This document shows, piece by piece, positions 25,399 through 34,500 of a DNA stretch of 64,000 nt. The translations under genes and the position numbers were made by a program. The DNA is taken from contig MHPK01000006.1 in the NCBI GenBank assembly GCA_001822075.1, forward strand, positions 58,977 to 122,976. Reading direction: 5' to 3'. A model generated the notes under the pieces. The model saw nothing but the letters and a program-made list of their open reading frames with translations, was not told the origin of the DNA and did not search any database. Source of the stretch: Candidatus Staskawiczbacteria bacterium RIFOXYB1_FULL_38_37 (lineage in GTDB: Bacteria > Patescibacteriota > Minisyncoccia > Minisyncoccales > Staskawiczbacteraceae). How positions within the stretch are numbered: position 1 is the stretch's first letter; every line of letters starts with the position of its first letter.

Positions 25399-26547
25399 TT
25401 AAAGGCCGTATTTAAAAAAATCTGTAAGCCTTGGGATGTCGAATTTAACTGTTATAAAAAGCGATAAAGCAATTAACAATATAAAGAATGTTAATGTTAT
25501 TGTTTGCTCCACTTTCACTGAAACGGGCCTGCCCTTTATTTTTTCAATAGCCAAAAATATCAGCTTTCCCCCGTCTAGAGCAGGAATTGGAAACAAGTTG
25601 AATATGGCAATAAACACAGAAATCAATCCTATAAAATAAAGGAAAAATCCCGGGCCGTAAGTGGCGGCGTTCGCCAAAAAAACCGTAATGCCCAACGGCC
25701 CCGCAAAAGACGCTCCTTCTGGCGCTCCTTTGCCAGAAAGCAAATCTGCAAAAACAAGGTACAAACCCTTCAAAGCATTAACAGTTGTGTCCCAAGTATA
25801 AACAGCCCCTTGCAATGGCGCCCTGTACCAGGCGTATTTTTCTATTAAAGTTCCCATCCGTTCTAGCGAAATGCCGACTGCTCCCTGGCCTTCAGGCGGG
25901 TTTGCTCTTGGAGACAAACTAACATCAAAAATGCCGCCTTGCCTTTTAATTTCAAGAGTTATGAGTTCGCCTGCATGAGCTGTTGTAAAATCTTGAAATT
26001 CTTTTATAGTGTTTATTTCCACAGTTTCAGAGCCAGCGCCGGCTGATTCATATGCCTGGCTTTGCGCTTGCAAAATGACGTCTTCTGCTTTTAATCCTGC
26101 CTCGCTTGCGGGAGAATTTAAAGCCACCTGAAGCACTTGCACCCTTACGTTTGTAAAACCTTCTACATTCTGGTCTGGCAAAGGCAAATCAGCTCCAATC
26201 ATAAAAACCACAGAAAAAATAATTATGGCTGCCAGCCAGAAAGCAGCCACGCCCCCTATGACTATTAAAACTCTCTGCCAAATTTTTAGTCCAGTAAAAC
26301 TCCTGTAATCGTCTACTCCGCCTTCTTCTCCGTAGATTTTTACGAAAGCTCCCAGCGGCAAAAGGTTTACAGAATAAATTGTTTCGCCTATTTTTTTCCC
26401 GAATAATCTTGGCGGATACCCTATGCCAAATTCATCAACTTTGACGCCGAATTTTTTGGCGATTATAAAATGCCCGAATTCATGTATTATCATTAAAACT
26501 ATCAGGCATAAAAACGCGAAAATAAAAGTTAAAATTGCTGATATCAT
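25399..26547 (-). CDS. rseP: site-2 (RIP) zinc metalloprotease RseP-like with PDZ domain
   Basis: HEFGHFIIAKKFGV (HExxH) in the first TM region, with a LDGG motif near the C-terminus. Confidence 0.8.
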   Translation of the reverse strand: MISAILTFIFAFLCLIVLMIIHEFGHFIIAKKFGVKVDEFGIGYPPRLFGKKIGETIYSVNLLPLGAFVKIYGEEGGVDDYRSFTGLKIWQRVLIVIGGVAAFWLAAIIIFSVVFMIGADLPLPDQNVEGFTNVRVQVLQVALNSPASEAGLKAEDVILQAQSQAYESAGAGSETVEINTIKEFQDFTTAHAGELITLEIKRQGGIFDVSLSPRANPPEGQGAVGISLERMGTLIEKYAWYRAPLQGAVYTWDTTVNALKGLYLVFADLLSGKGAPEGASFAGPLGITVFLANAATYGPGFFLYFIGLISVFIAIFNLFPIPALDGGKLIFLAIEKIKGRPVSVKVEQTITLTFFILLIALSLFITVKFDIPRLTDFFKYGL

Positions 26548-26551
26548 AATA

Positions 26552-27106
26552 TTAAGAAATTTCGTTTTTTTTCTTTTCTATTAAATTTTTAATTTTTTCG
26601 TTGTATTCGTCAATGACTTTTTGAAGCTCGTCTTTTCCCCTGAATTTATCGTCTTCTGAAATTTTCTTTTCCTTAAAAGCGTCCTGAATTGCATTCCATG
26701 CATGCTCTCTCTGGCGCCTTATTGTCTGGCGGGCCTGCTCTGATTTTTCATTCAAAATTTTGCCCAGCTGCGCCCGATATTCTTCTGTAAGCGTGGGAAG
26801 GGTCATTCTTATAATGTTTTTGTCCACAACAGCCGACATTCCAAGCCCCGACTGGGAAATCGCTTTTTCTATTGGTTCTATATAAGAAGTGTCCCAGGGC
26901 TGGATTATAATCTGGTTTGTCTGGGGGGCTGAAATTGCAGCTAATTGCTTTATGCTAAACTTCGAGCCAAAAGCATTTACTTCTATGTCCTCAACCAAAG
27001 CCGGAGACGCCCTTGAGGTGCGTATTTTTGCAATTTCCTGCTCTAAAAATTTGTATGCTTTTTCAAATTCCGGCTTTATTTTATCAATGAATTCTTTATA
27101 TGTCAT
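26552..27106 (-). CDS. frr: ribosome recycling factor
   Basis: 184 aa, RRF-typical sequence throughout. Confidence 0.9.
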   Translation of the reverse strand: MTYKEFIDKIKPEFEKAYKFLEQEIAKIRTSRASPALVEDIEVNAFGSKFSIKQLAAISAPQTNQIIIQPWDTSYIEPIEKAISQSGLGMSAVVDKNIIRMTLPTLTEEYRAQLGKILNEKSEQARQTIRRQREHAWNAIQDAFKEKKISEDDKFRGKDELQKVIDEYNEKIKNLIEKKKNEIS

Positions 27107-27109
27107 TTT

Positions 27110-27958
27110 TTATATTTCCATTAATAATATTTCTAATGCTAATTTTGGATTTGCGTTAGTAAAGGTTATTTTATTGCTTATATCCTCTGACAAATTTATA
27201 ATTTTTTTAATTTTTGAAACAGGATAATTTTCTAAAACCGGAGATAATCCAAAAAAATATTTTTGCTCTATCTGGCGCTCTATTCCTATTTTTGAGAATA
27301 AGACATATCTTAAATATTTTTGAAAAGCTTCCAATGTTTTTGCCAGCTTCTGCTGGTCGGGGTCAAGCTGTTTTACATACTTGAATTTTTCAGAAAGCGG
27401 AAGCGGAGCTGTTTTTAATAAATCCTGCAAAATCTTTTTCTCTTCTTCAGCCTCTGCCTCGTTCTGAGCGGGCTTTCCTAAAAATTTTATTTCCTGGCAC
27501 CTTGAAAAAATAGTTGGCAAAAGCATGCCGGGCTTTGAAGAAATTAAAATTAGCAAGGTTTGGCCTTTTGGCTCTTCTAGGGTTTTCAAAAAACAGCTTT
27601 GAGCCTCCAAATTCATTAAGTGCGCGTGGTCAACAATTACAATTTTGAAACCGCCGTTATAAGATTTATATGCCAAAAAATTCTGCACTTCCCTTATTTT
27701 TGAAATTGGTATCCCTGCATGGTTTGAATGCTCCCGCCCCTTTGGGGCGAGGCTCGCCTCGCCTGTTGGCGAGGCGGCAACAATCATTAAGTCGGGAAAC
27801 TTGCACCCGATAAGCTCTGCCAATTTTTTGGCAAAATCCTTTTTGCCCAGATTTTTTTCGCCAGAAAACAAATATGCATGAGAAAGCTGTTTTGAATCAA
27901 ACTTTCTTTTCAAGAAATCCCATTGTTTTTGATGCCTATCTGACATTATTTTTTCCAA
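27110..27958 (-). CDS. holB: DNA polymerase III delta-prime-like clamp-loader subunit (AAA+)
   Basis: N-terminal AAA+ region (LFSGEKNLGKKDFAKKLA) and an SRC motif (TIFSRCQ). Confidence 0.55.
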   Translation of the reverse strand: MEKIMSDRHQKQWDFLKRKFDSKQLSHAYLFSGEKNLGKKDFAKKLAELIGCKFPDLMIVAASPTGEASLAPKGREHSNHAGIPISKIREVQNFLAYKSYNGGFKIVIVDHAHLMNLEAQSCFLKTLEEPKGQTLLILISSKPGMLLPTIFSRCQEIKFLGKPAQNEAEAEEEKKILQDLLKTAPLPLSEKFKYVKQLDPDQQKLAKTLEAFQKYLRYVLFSKIGIERQIEQKYFFGLSPVLENYPVSKIKKIINLSEDISNKITFTNANPKLALEILLMEI

Positions 27959-28143
27959 TCTTTAATGTTAATTGTTTTCTCTTTCAGAGTCACAACCACT
28001 TTCTGGTGTTCCCTCCAATCTAGTTTATCCAAAAATTCAATGGGCAAGGTAATTCCCATAGTCCTGCCCTTGCCCATTTTTGTTATTTTCCTTATATTTT
28101 TTTCACTTAGATTTCTCATGTTATTTCTACTGTCACGTCTCAT
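27946..28143 (-). CDS. AbrB/MazE/SpoVT-like small DNA-binding protein (possible orphan antitoxin)
   Basis: GITLPIEFLDKLDWREHQKVVVTLKEKTINI has a swapped-hairpin-like pattern. The true start may be the internal MGKGR. Overlaps promoter-like motif D. Confidence 0.35.
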   Translation of the reverse strand: MRRDSRNNMRNLSEKNIRKITKMGKGRTMGITLPIEFLDKLDWREHQKVVVTLKEKTINIKDWKK

Positions 28144-28182
28144 GTCAAATGACAGTAAATTAAATTAATGCTTATTAACCTG
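28104..28182. promoter_or_regulatory. motif D copy 1: ~60-80-bp conserved palindrome-containing element (TTGACA -35 overlapping the palindrome actgtcaaatgacagt) plus TTAAATTAATGCTTATTAACCTG tail
   Basis: cacttagatttctcatgttatttctactgtcacgtctcatgtcaaatgacagtaaattaaattaatgcttattaacctg. Homologous copies at 30971-31022, 49940-50000 and 59258-59314. Confidence 0.55.
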
Positions 28183-28188
28183 ACCCTT

Positions 28189-29910
28189 TTATGCTACTTC
28201 TTGCTGATAACATTTCTCGCAGTAAACAATTTCCGGCCTGTCGGGAGCGTAGCTTGTCTCGAATTTATTGGTACAGCCTGGCTTCATGCACTTTCTGTGC
28301 CAGAGCTTCTGTGGATTTTTCTTTTTAAATCTTTGCATGTGCCTGCAATTAAAACATAACTTTGGAACAGGCACGCTAAGCTTTCTGTATAATTGCAATT
28401 CCTCAGGAATAATCTTAAAGGCTAATGAACAGCCCTCGTTGCATTTACCGCTATGTTCACAACCAATTACTTCATTAAGAATGGTGTCTTGGGTTTCTTC
28501 GATAATATTGGGAACATTTTCTGAAGATAGAGTAACCTTATAATTCCTTTCTTCGGGCTCTCTCCAAAAATATCCTGCCCTTTCTGCCTGCTCTTTATTT
28601 TTGGGAGAATACTCTTGAGCAGCTGTTTCATTATAGGCAAATGGTGCCAGCGAAGCTGGAAAAAAACTGCCATATTTATATTCAATACCGCTTTTGTCTG
28701 TGTATGGCTGTGAATTCATGTGCTTAATTATCTTTGGCAAGAGCTCCTCGTATTCTTCTTTTGTGTATTGTTTGTTTAAGATGCAGTATTCGGCTTTTTT
28801 GATGCCTACACAACCAAAAAGATTATTAGAATTTTCACAGTTATCGCAATATTGGCAATCATAATCATTCCAAACACAAAAACTAAACTTAACGTTGTTG
28901 AGATTTATAGCGCTTACAATTTCATAAGAAAAAGATGATTTATCAACAACAACATACCCATCATGACAATTATTTGAATTATCTCCCCAAGTTAAATATT
29001 TAGAGTCTTCTATGGCGTTAGAACCATAGCATTCAAAACTGTTTTTGGAATTAAAAACATAATCACCAACCACATTTACATTCTTAATACCGTGCATGTA
29101 TTTGGCTATGTTTTCTCCAAAAAATTTATTAGCTTTTGCTAAAACGGCGTCCATCCCTTCACGGGTTTGCAAATTTGATTCTTCAATTTTTTTAAGATAC
29201 TCTTCTTTTGTGTAGGGCTTGTTAAAAATATAATAATTTTTGTTCTTTAAATTTACGCAACCCACGCAGTCTTGGCAATTTGAACAATTTTTAGAGGCCA
29301 CAACATTCCGACAATCAGTGCAGTCTTCAGAAAATTTTGTCATGTAACACTTTTTGCAACCAATACATTCATAGCAAAGCTCGCAATCGTTTGAGGTGTG
29401 GCAATCAATAGCGTTTCTTGAGTGCATAAGCGAATAAGAATAAAGGGAATCTTCATTGTTATCGCTCACAAAAATCATGTAGCAGTTTTTATCATATGCG
29501 GCTCCGTTAACATATTCGCTGTTTGTATTCTGAAAAATAAAAGAATACAAACGTGGCACCCGAAGCTGGAGTTCTCGAAACTGATCAAAAAACGGCCTAG
29601 AAAAATCGTATTCTCTTCCAAAACTCAACGTGTCCCATTTGTCGCCGTGATAGCATTCATTGCAATAAACTGCATACGGCGATTTTGGTGAATAAATAGA
29701 AATTATATTTTTTCTACAAAGGTCGCAGGTGCGGCGATAAAGAGTTCTTTCATTCCTCCATACAACCCGCCTTATAAAACGGCACTCCGGACACCATGTT
29801 GGCGCAGGCACTTTTATTTTTTCATAGAATGCAAAGTCGTCAGGCTCTATTACAAAGTCCTTTTTGCAATTTTGGCATATTTTTGTTTCAGAATTTTTAT
29901 TCATGATCAT
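28189..29910 (-). CDS. cysteine-rich multi-zinc-ribbon protein, paralog P1 (uncharacterised family)
   Basis: 573 aa with ~60 Cys. N-terminal CQNCKKDFVIEPDDFAFYEKIKVPAPTWCPECR, internal duplicated Cys-cluster modules each ending CILNKQYTKEEY, and C-terminal SYAPDRPEIVYCEKCYQQEVA. Paralogous to 31071..32840, 50111..51772, 55188..56840 and 57529..59244. Confidence 0.6.
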   Translation of the reverse strand: MIMNKNSETKICQNCKKDFVIEPDDFAFYEKIKVPAPTWCPECRFIRRVVWRNERTLYRRTCDLCRKNIISIYSPKSPYAVYCNECYHGDKWDTLSFGREYDFSRPFFDQFRELQLRVPRLYSFIFQNTNSEYVNGAAYDKNCYMIFVSDNNEDSLYSYSLMHSRNAIDCHTSNDCELCYECIGCKKCYMTKFSEDCTDCRNVVASKNCSNCQDCVGCVNLKNKNYYIFNKPYTKEEYLKKIEESNLQTREGMDAVLAKANKFFGENIAKYMHGIKNVNVVGDYVFNSKNSFECYGSNAIEDSKYLTWGDNSNNCHDGYVVVDKSSFSYEIVSAINLNNVKFSFCVWNDYDCQYCDNCENSNNLFGCVGIKKAEYCILNKQYTKEEYEELLPKIIKHMNSQPYTDKSGIEYKYGSFFPASLAPFAYNETAAQEYSPKNKEQAERAGYFWREPEERNYKVTLSSENVPNIIEETQDTILNEVIGCEHSGKCNEGCSLAFKIIPEELQLYRKLSVPVPKLCFNCRHMQRFKKKNPQKLWHRKCMKPGCTNKFETSYAPDRPEIVYCEKCYQQEVA

Positions 29911-30376
29911 TTTTTAATAATTTAATCTGCGGATTTTTAGCCTCAATAAAACCTTCGATTGTTTTAATAAATGTTTCGGCCAAATCAATAGCTTTTTGCG
30001 CCTCGGTCATAGATATCGTAAGCCCCACTCCATAAATCAAATAGTTCCTATCTTCTCTTGTCTTATCAAATCTTCCCACCAAACTTTTATAATCATTGCC
30101 AAGTATATCCCCCACAAATTGCACTACAATTTTATGAGAGCCCGCCGCGCGCGGACGCAAATTATGTGAAAAAATAAGCGCTCGGCCGGACAAAAGCATG
30201 GCATCATAAGCCAACTGAAAGCTATTGTCGGAGTCTTCATTTTCAATTAAAAGACGGGAACTTTTTAGTTTTTTATAAGCGTTCTCTATGAGTTTTTGAA
30301 CTTTATCAAATCCAATTTCTTCCTTCTTGAGCAAACCCTTATTGACTAATTCTTCGTAATTCATTTTCGTTGCCAA
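29897..30376 (-). CDS. HEPN domain protein (toxin-like partner of the adjacent nucleotidyltransferase)
   Basis: 159 aa with R-x4-6-H motif RPRAAGSHK. Overlaps the upstream NTase gene. Confidence 0.6.
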   Translation of the reverse strand: MATKMNYEELVNKGLLKKEEIGFDKVQKLIENAYKKLKSSRLLIENEDSDNSFQLAYDAMLLSGRALIFSHNLRPRAAGSHKIVVQFVGDILGNDYKSLVGRFDKTREDRNYLIYGVGLTISMTEAQKAIDLAETFIKTIEGFIEAKNPQIKLLKNDHE

Positions 30377-30914
30377 ATATAAAAATTTTTATGTTCTTAA
30401 AAATGCTTAAAATAAAAGAGTCTTTCTCTTTTATTCTTTTCCGCCAATCTTTTTCAGAAAAAATTCGGTAATTTATTTCACGGGAAAGCTTTCTTTCTAA
30501 ATCGCTTATTTTATTAAAAAATTTATCTTCATCGGGTTCGCCAATTATCATTAAATCAATGTCTGATAAAGAGTCTTCCTCTTGTTTCGCAAACGAGCCG
30601 AATATAAAAATGATTTTCACATTCTCAACATTTTCAAATATTTCTTTCAATTTTCCCTCAGCGCCAAGTGTTTTAAAAAAAATACTCTTTACTTCATTAT
30701 ACAGCGGATACTCCTTGTTTATTTTAAAAAAACGGCTATTGGCTTTTTTATCGCTTAAAAGAATTTTATTTTTAACTAGGCTTTCTATGTCTTTCTGAAA
30801 AACACCAGGCTTTTTATTCAAAATCCGGCCAATTTGCCTGAAATAATAATCTTTCTCCGGATCTTTAAAGAAAAGTTCAAGAATCAGTGTTTGATTTTTA
30901 GTAAAGTTTAACAT
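30339..30914 (-). CDS. minimal nucleotidyltransferase (MNT/Pol-beta-like) with C-terminal extension
   Basis: GSFAKQEEDSLSDIDLMIIGE (GS...DxD motif). Confidence 0.7.
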   Translation of the reverse strand: MLNFTKNQTLILELFFKDPEKDYYFRQIGRILNKKPGVFQKDIESLVKNKILLSDKKANSRFFKINKEYPLYNEVKSIFFKTLGAEGKLKEIFENVENVKIIFIFGSFAKQEEDSLSDIDLMIIGEPDEDKFFNKISDLERKLSREINYRIFSEKDWRKRIKEKDSFILSIFKNIKIFIFGNENELRRISQ

Positions 30915-30970
30915 ATGTTCCTCACATACAATTGTATGCTGTTTACATACAATGTGTCAAACAGCTCGCG

Positions 30971-31022
30971 CCTCACGTCTCATGTCAAATGACAGTGAAT
31001 TAAGTTAACGCTTATTAACCTG
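30971..31022. promoter_or_regulatory. motif D copy 2
   Basis: cctcacgtctcatgtcaaatgacagtgaattaagttaacgcttattaacctg. Confidence 0.55.
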
Positions 31023-31035
31023 CGCTTGCTATTGC

Positions 31036-31067
31036 GACGGCTTTTTGCCGAACGGCAAAAAGCCGTC
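31036..31067. terminator. palindromic terminator hairpin (family F) immediately 3' of P2 stop
   Basis: gacggctttttgccgaacggcaaaaagccgtc. Near-identical copy at 50026-50057. Confidence 0.6.
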
Positions 31068-31070
31068 GAG

Positions 31071-32840
31071 CTACGCCACTTCCTTATTGTAGCAATTTTT
31101 ACAATAAACTATTTCAGGACGGTCTGGGGCATAGCTTGTCTCAAACTCATTCTGGCATTTTCCTTTTCCATGGGAATGATTTTCTTTATTGCACATGCAT
31201 TCCCGATGCCAAAGCCTAATAGGCGTACGCTGGGAAAGCCGGGCGAAGTGGCGACAGTTTGGGCACATTTTCGGAATCGGAATGCCCATACGTTTATAAA
31301 AATTCAAATCGCTTGTCGTAATTTTGAAAGCTTGCGTGCATTGGTGATTACATTTTCCATCGTGGGCACACCCGATTATTTCTTTTAAAATCTGATCGCT
31401 TACCTCTTCAATAGAATCTGGAATATTTTCTGCTTTTAAAGTAACAGTATAGCTCTTTACCTCTGGCTCAAGCCACCTATATCCCTGCTTTAGCGCTTCC
31501 TCTTTTGAAATTGGAAAAAGCTCCTGCGCAATGGTTTCGTTGTATGCAAACGCATGCATGTCCAGTGGGAAAGTTGAACCATAGCGATATTCTCTTCCCA
31601 AAGCGTCTTTATAAGGCATTGCATTCATGTGCTCAATAATTTTAGGAATTAGTGCTTCGTATTCTTCTTTTGTATACTGCTTATTCAAAATACAATACTG
31701 TTTTTTGCGCAAACCGACGCAGCCGAATAAATCGGACGAACTCATGCAGTTCACGCAATATTGCGCCCGAACTAACTGGTCCCAGCATTCGTTTGAGAAA
31801 AACACTTGCGAGCATTGCCTGCCAATGCTTGAACATTCATAAATCAATTCTGAATTCTTGCCCCAATATGTATAGTCCATCACATCTTTTGCATCCATGA
31901 TTCCAAAAAGATACTTGCCGTCTTCCACTCTTTCGCAATTAAAACCAACCTGCACATTCTTGCATTCATCAAGCCAGTTACCAGAAATATTTGTACTGTG
32001 ATTTTCAACAACAGCCGGCATTATCTGCTTTTTAACAAATTCCAAAAACCTGCTTTGCATGGCCTCAATCTCGCCACGTTTTTTTGGCCACAATTTTTCA
32101 ATCTGTTTCTTATATTCTTCTTTTGTAAATTGCTCGTTGAAAATGCAATATGATTTATTGCGAAGATTCACACAGCCAAAGCAGTCATTGCAATTCAAAC
32201 AATGAAACAAAAAAGAAGAGCTCACACAACTGCCGCATTCCTGCGAATACATCAAGCGACTGCATCTGTAACAATCAATACACTCAAAACACAATTCAGA
32301 CGAATGGATATTGTAATTATCCATGCTGTCTTTTGAATCCCATACCGAAGTGCCATAAGAACAATTTTCATTATTTGCGGCAGCAAAAATAAGATAGCAA
32401 TCTTTATTGTCGCTTACCCTGTTAGTGTAATCGCTGTTTACATTTATTCCTTGCTGGATAATTCCAAGCCGGGGCACCTTTAAAAACAAATCTTTAAACT
32501 GCTGGAAAAATGGTTTTGAAAAATTATAATCTTTTGCATAAGACTGGGTATCCCATTTGTCTGACCACCAACAAGAATGGCAATAAGCAGTGTAGGGGCT
32601 ATCGGGATGATAAATTAAAATTTTATCTTGACCGCACAAATTGCATTTTCTTTTATAAAGGGCCCTCTCGCCCCTCCATGCCAAACGCTTAATAAGCCGG
32701 CATTCCGGGCACCAGGTTGGCGGGGGGACTTTCATTTTTTCGTAGAACGCAAAATCATCAGGCTCGATGGTAAACTCTTTTTTACAATTCTGGCATGCCC
32801 GCACTGAGCTTGCCGAAGTGTTATTGGTTTCGCTTTGCAT
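31071..32840 (-). CDS. cysteine-rich multi-zinc-ribbon protein, paralog P2
   Basis: 589 aa. CQNCKKEFTIEPDDFAFYEKMKVPPPTWCPECR at the N-terminus and SYAPDRPEIVYCKNCYNKEVA at the C-terminus. Confidence 0.6.
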   Translation of the reverse strand: MQSETNNTSASSVRACQNCKKEFTIEPDDFAFYEKMKVPPPTWCPECRLIKRLAWRGERALYKRKCNLCGQDKILIYHPDSPYTAYCHSCWWSDKWDTQSYAKDYNFSKPFFQQFKDLFLKVPRLGIIQQGINVNSDYTNRVSDNKDCYLIFAAANNENCSYGTSVWDSKDSMDNYNIHSSELCFECIDCYRCSRLMYSQECGSCVSSSFLFHCLNCNDCFGCVNLRNKSYCIFNEQFTKEEYKKQIEKLWPKKRGEIEAMQSRFLEFVKKQIMPAVVENHSTNISGNWLDECKNVQVGFNCERVEDGKYLFGIMDAKDVMDYTYWGKNSELIYECSSIGRQCSQVFFSNECWDQLVRAQYCVNCMSSSDLFGCVGLRKKQYCILNKQYTKEEYEALIPKIIEHMNAMPYKDALGREYRYGSTFPLDMHAFAYNETIAQELFPISKEEALKQGYRWLEPEVKSYTVTLKAENIPDSIEEVSDQILKEIIGCAHDGKCNHQCTQAFKITTSDLNFYKRMGIPIPKMCPNCRHFARLSQRTPIRLWHRECMCNKENHSHGKGKCQNEFETSYAPDRPEIVYCKNCYNKEVA

Positions 32841-32983
32841 AATTTTTTTATTCTTCTATCATAACCGACTAAATTAGTCTGTTATGCATTTTTATTGCTA
32901 CTTACATATGTAAGTAAACGTGTAAATAGCAGATTCTTAGATTAACACTTATCAACCTGAATTTTCCAGCGCAAGCTCAGCTC

Positions 32984-33011
32984 TTGACAAGGCGGTAGAT
33001 GCGAGTATAAT
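32984..33011 (+). promoter_or_regulatory. consensus sigma70 promoter on the + strand (TTGACA-16 nt-TATAAT)
   Basis: cTTGACAaggcggtagatgcgagTATAAT. No + strand ORF follows. Transcript would run to the terminator at 33069-33100. Confidence 0.5.
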
Positions 33012-33017
33012 TAAAAT

Positions 33018-33100
33018 ATAAACGGCTTCGGCCCGACTCTGCCGCAAGGCAGAGGTAAAAAAACAAAAAAATTCAAGGTATCAATTCCTTGAATTTTTTT
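33018..33100 (+). ncRNA. candidate ~85-nt sRNA, antisense to the 3' end of the MazF-like gene
   Basis: Defined only by the upstream consensus promoter and the downstream hairpin + T-run terminator. Contains internal hairpin ctctgccgcaaggcagag. Confidence 0.3.
33069..33100. terminator. bidirectional intrinsic terminator
   Basis: aattcaaggtatcaattccttgaatttttttg with T/A runs on both sides. Confidence 0.6.
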
Positions 33101-33462
33101 GTTAATTTTTCAAAATCATCTGTTTTCATAACGCCTATTTTGTGATCCAAACGCCTAGCATCTATAAGTCTTATCTGAGACAGAATTGCAGCACTCTTAG
33201 CGTTATCCTGAAAAATAAACTGAAAATAAAATTTTGACTCTTTTTCGGTGCGAGTTAATGGGAATGCCAAAAAAATCTCGTTATTAAATTTTTTATAAAT
33301 AATCACTGGCCTCAAAAAATCTGTGCCCCTGCCATCCTGCTCAAAACCAACGTTTACACCCATAGCGCAATACCAAACTTCGCGCTCGTGAAAAAACGGC
33401 CTTGGTTCAATTTTGTTAATCAGTGCTTTTTTATTATGCCATTTTGTGTAATCTTTCATCAT
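33073..33462 (-). CDS. PemK/MazF-family toxin-like protein (no adjacent protein antitoxin)
   Basis: VGFEQDGRGTDFLRPVIIYKK...FLAFPLTRTEK...SQIRLIDARRLDHKIGVMKTDDFEKL matches the MazF/Kid pattern (GxEQxG, RPxlv, PxTs, IRxiDxxRL). Confidence 0.65.
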   Translation of the reverse strand: MMKDYTKWHNKKALINKIEPRPFFHEREVWYCAMGVNVGFEQDGRGTDFLRPVIIYKKFNNEIFLAFPLTRTEKESKFYFQFIFQDNAKSAAILSQIRLIDARRLDHKIGVMKTDDFEKLTKKFKELIP

Positions 33463-33465
33463 ATT

Positions 33466-34473
33466 CTATTTTTTAGACATTACCACTTTTTTGTACTCGT
33501 CTAAGTGCTCTAAAACAGTTCCAGTTCCCTTGACCACGCAAAACAATGGCTCTTCTGCAACAAAGCAAGGAACACCCGTGCTCTGAGCCACTAATTCATT
33601 AATTTTAGGAAGCAAAGCTCCGCCGCCAGCCATTATAATGCCCTTATTCATTATGTCAGCTGAAAGCTCTGGCGGAGTTTCAGACAAAACATGTTTTGTG
33701 GCCTGCATTATTTCAGCTAAAACATCTGAAATAGCTTCGCAGACTTCATTGTTTGATATTTTAATATTTCTTGGCAGGCCCAAAATCAAATCCCTGCCCT
33801 GGATTTCAAGATACTTTAACTCTTTTTGCATTAAAGCCGTGCCCACCTTAATTTTTATTTCTTCGGCTGACTGAGTGCCAATAGCCAAATTGTATTTTTT
33901 CTTAATATATTCAGCAATAGCTGTGTCTATTCTATCCCCGGCAACTCTTACAGAATGCCATGTTACAATTCCGCCTAAAGAAATTACAGCAACTTCTGAG
34001 GTGCCTCCCCCAATATCAATAATCATGTGCCCTGAACATGAATTAATGGGAATGCCAGCTCCAATGGCAGCTAAAATTGGCTCTTTGGCAACGTAGGCTG
34101 ATTTTGCCCCGGCTGAAAGCGCGGCTTCAATTACAGCTCTTCTTTCTGTGCTGGTAATTCCTGCTGGAACTGAAATCACAAGCTCTGGCTTAAAAATTTT
34201 AAATCTGCTGGCTGTTTTATTTATAAAGTATCTCATCATTGCCTGGGTCACCCTGTAGTCAGCTATAACTCCGTCTTTCAATGGTCTGTAAACCTTAATG
34301 TCGGCTGGAGTTCGGCCTATCATTTCTTTTGCCTGCTCTCCCACAGCTAAAATTCTGTTGTCGTCTAAAGAAATCGCCACCACAGAAGGCTCGTATAAAA
34401 CAATGCCCTTGCCCTGCACATACACAAGAGAGTTGCAGGTGCCTAAATCAATTGCTATTTTATTGTTAAACAT
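33466..34473 (-). CDS. mreB: MreB/Mbl actin-like protein, second paralog
   Basis: IAIDLGTCNSLVYV and full actin-fold motifs. Confidence 0.8.
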   Translation of the reverse strand: MFNNKIAIDLGTCNSLVYVQGKGIVLYEPSVVAISLDDNRILAVGEQAKEMIGRTPADIKVYRPLKDGVIADYRVTQAMMRYFINKTASRFKIFKPELVISVPAGITSTERRAVIEAALSAGAKSAYVAKEPILAAIGAGIPINSCSGHMIIDIGGGTSEVAVISLGGIVTWHSVRVAGDRIDTAIAEYIKKKYNLAIGTQSAEEIKIKVGTALMQKELKYLEIQGRDLILGLPRNIKISNNEVCEAISDVLAEIMQATKHVLSETPPELSADIMNKGIIMAGGGALLPKINELVAQSTGVPCFVAEEPLFCVVKGTGTVLEHLDEYKKVVMSKK

Positions 34474-34500
34474 GATAATTTTAATTCATTAAAAAACTCA

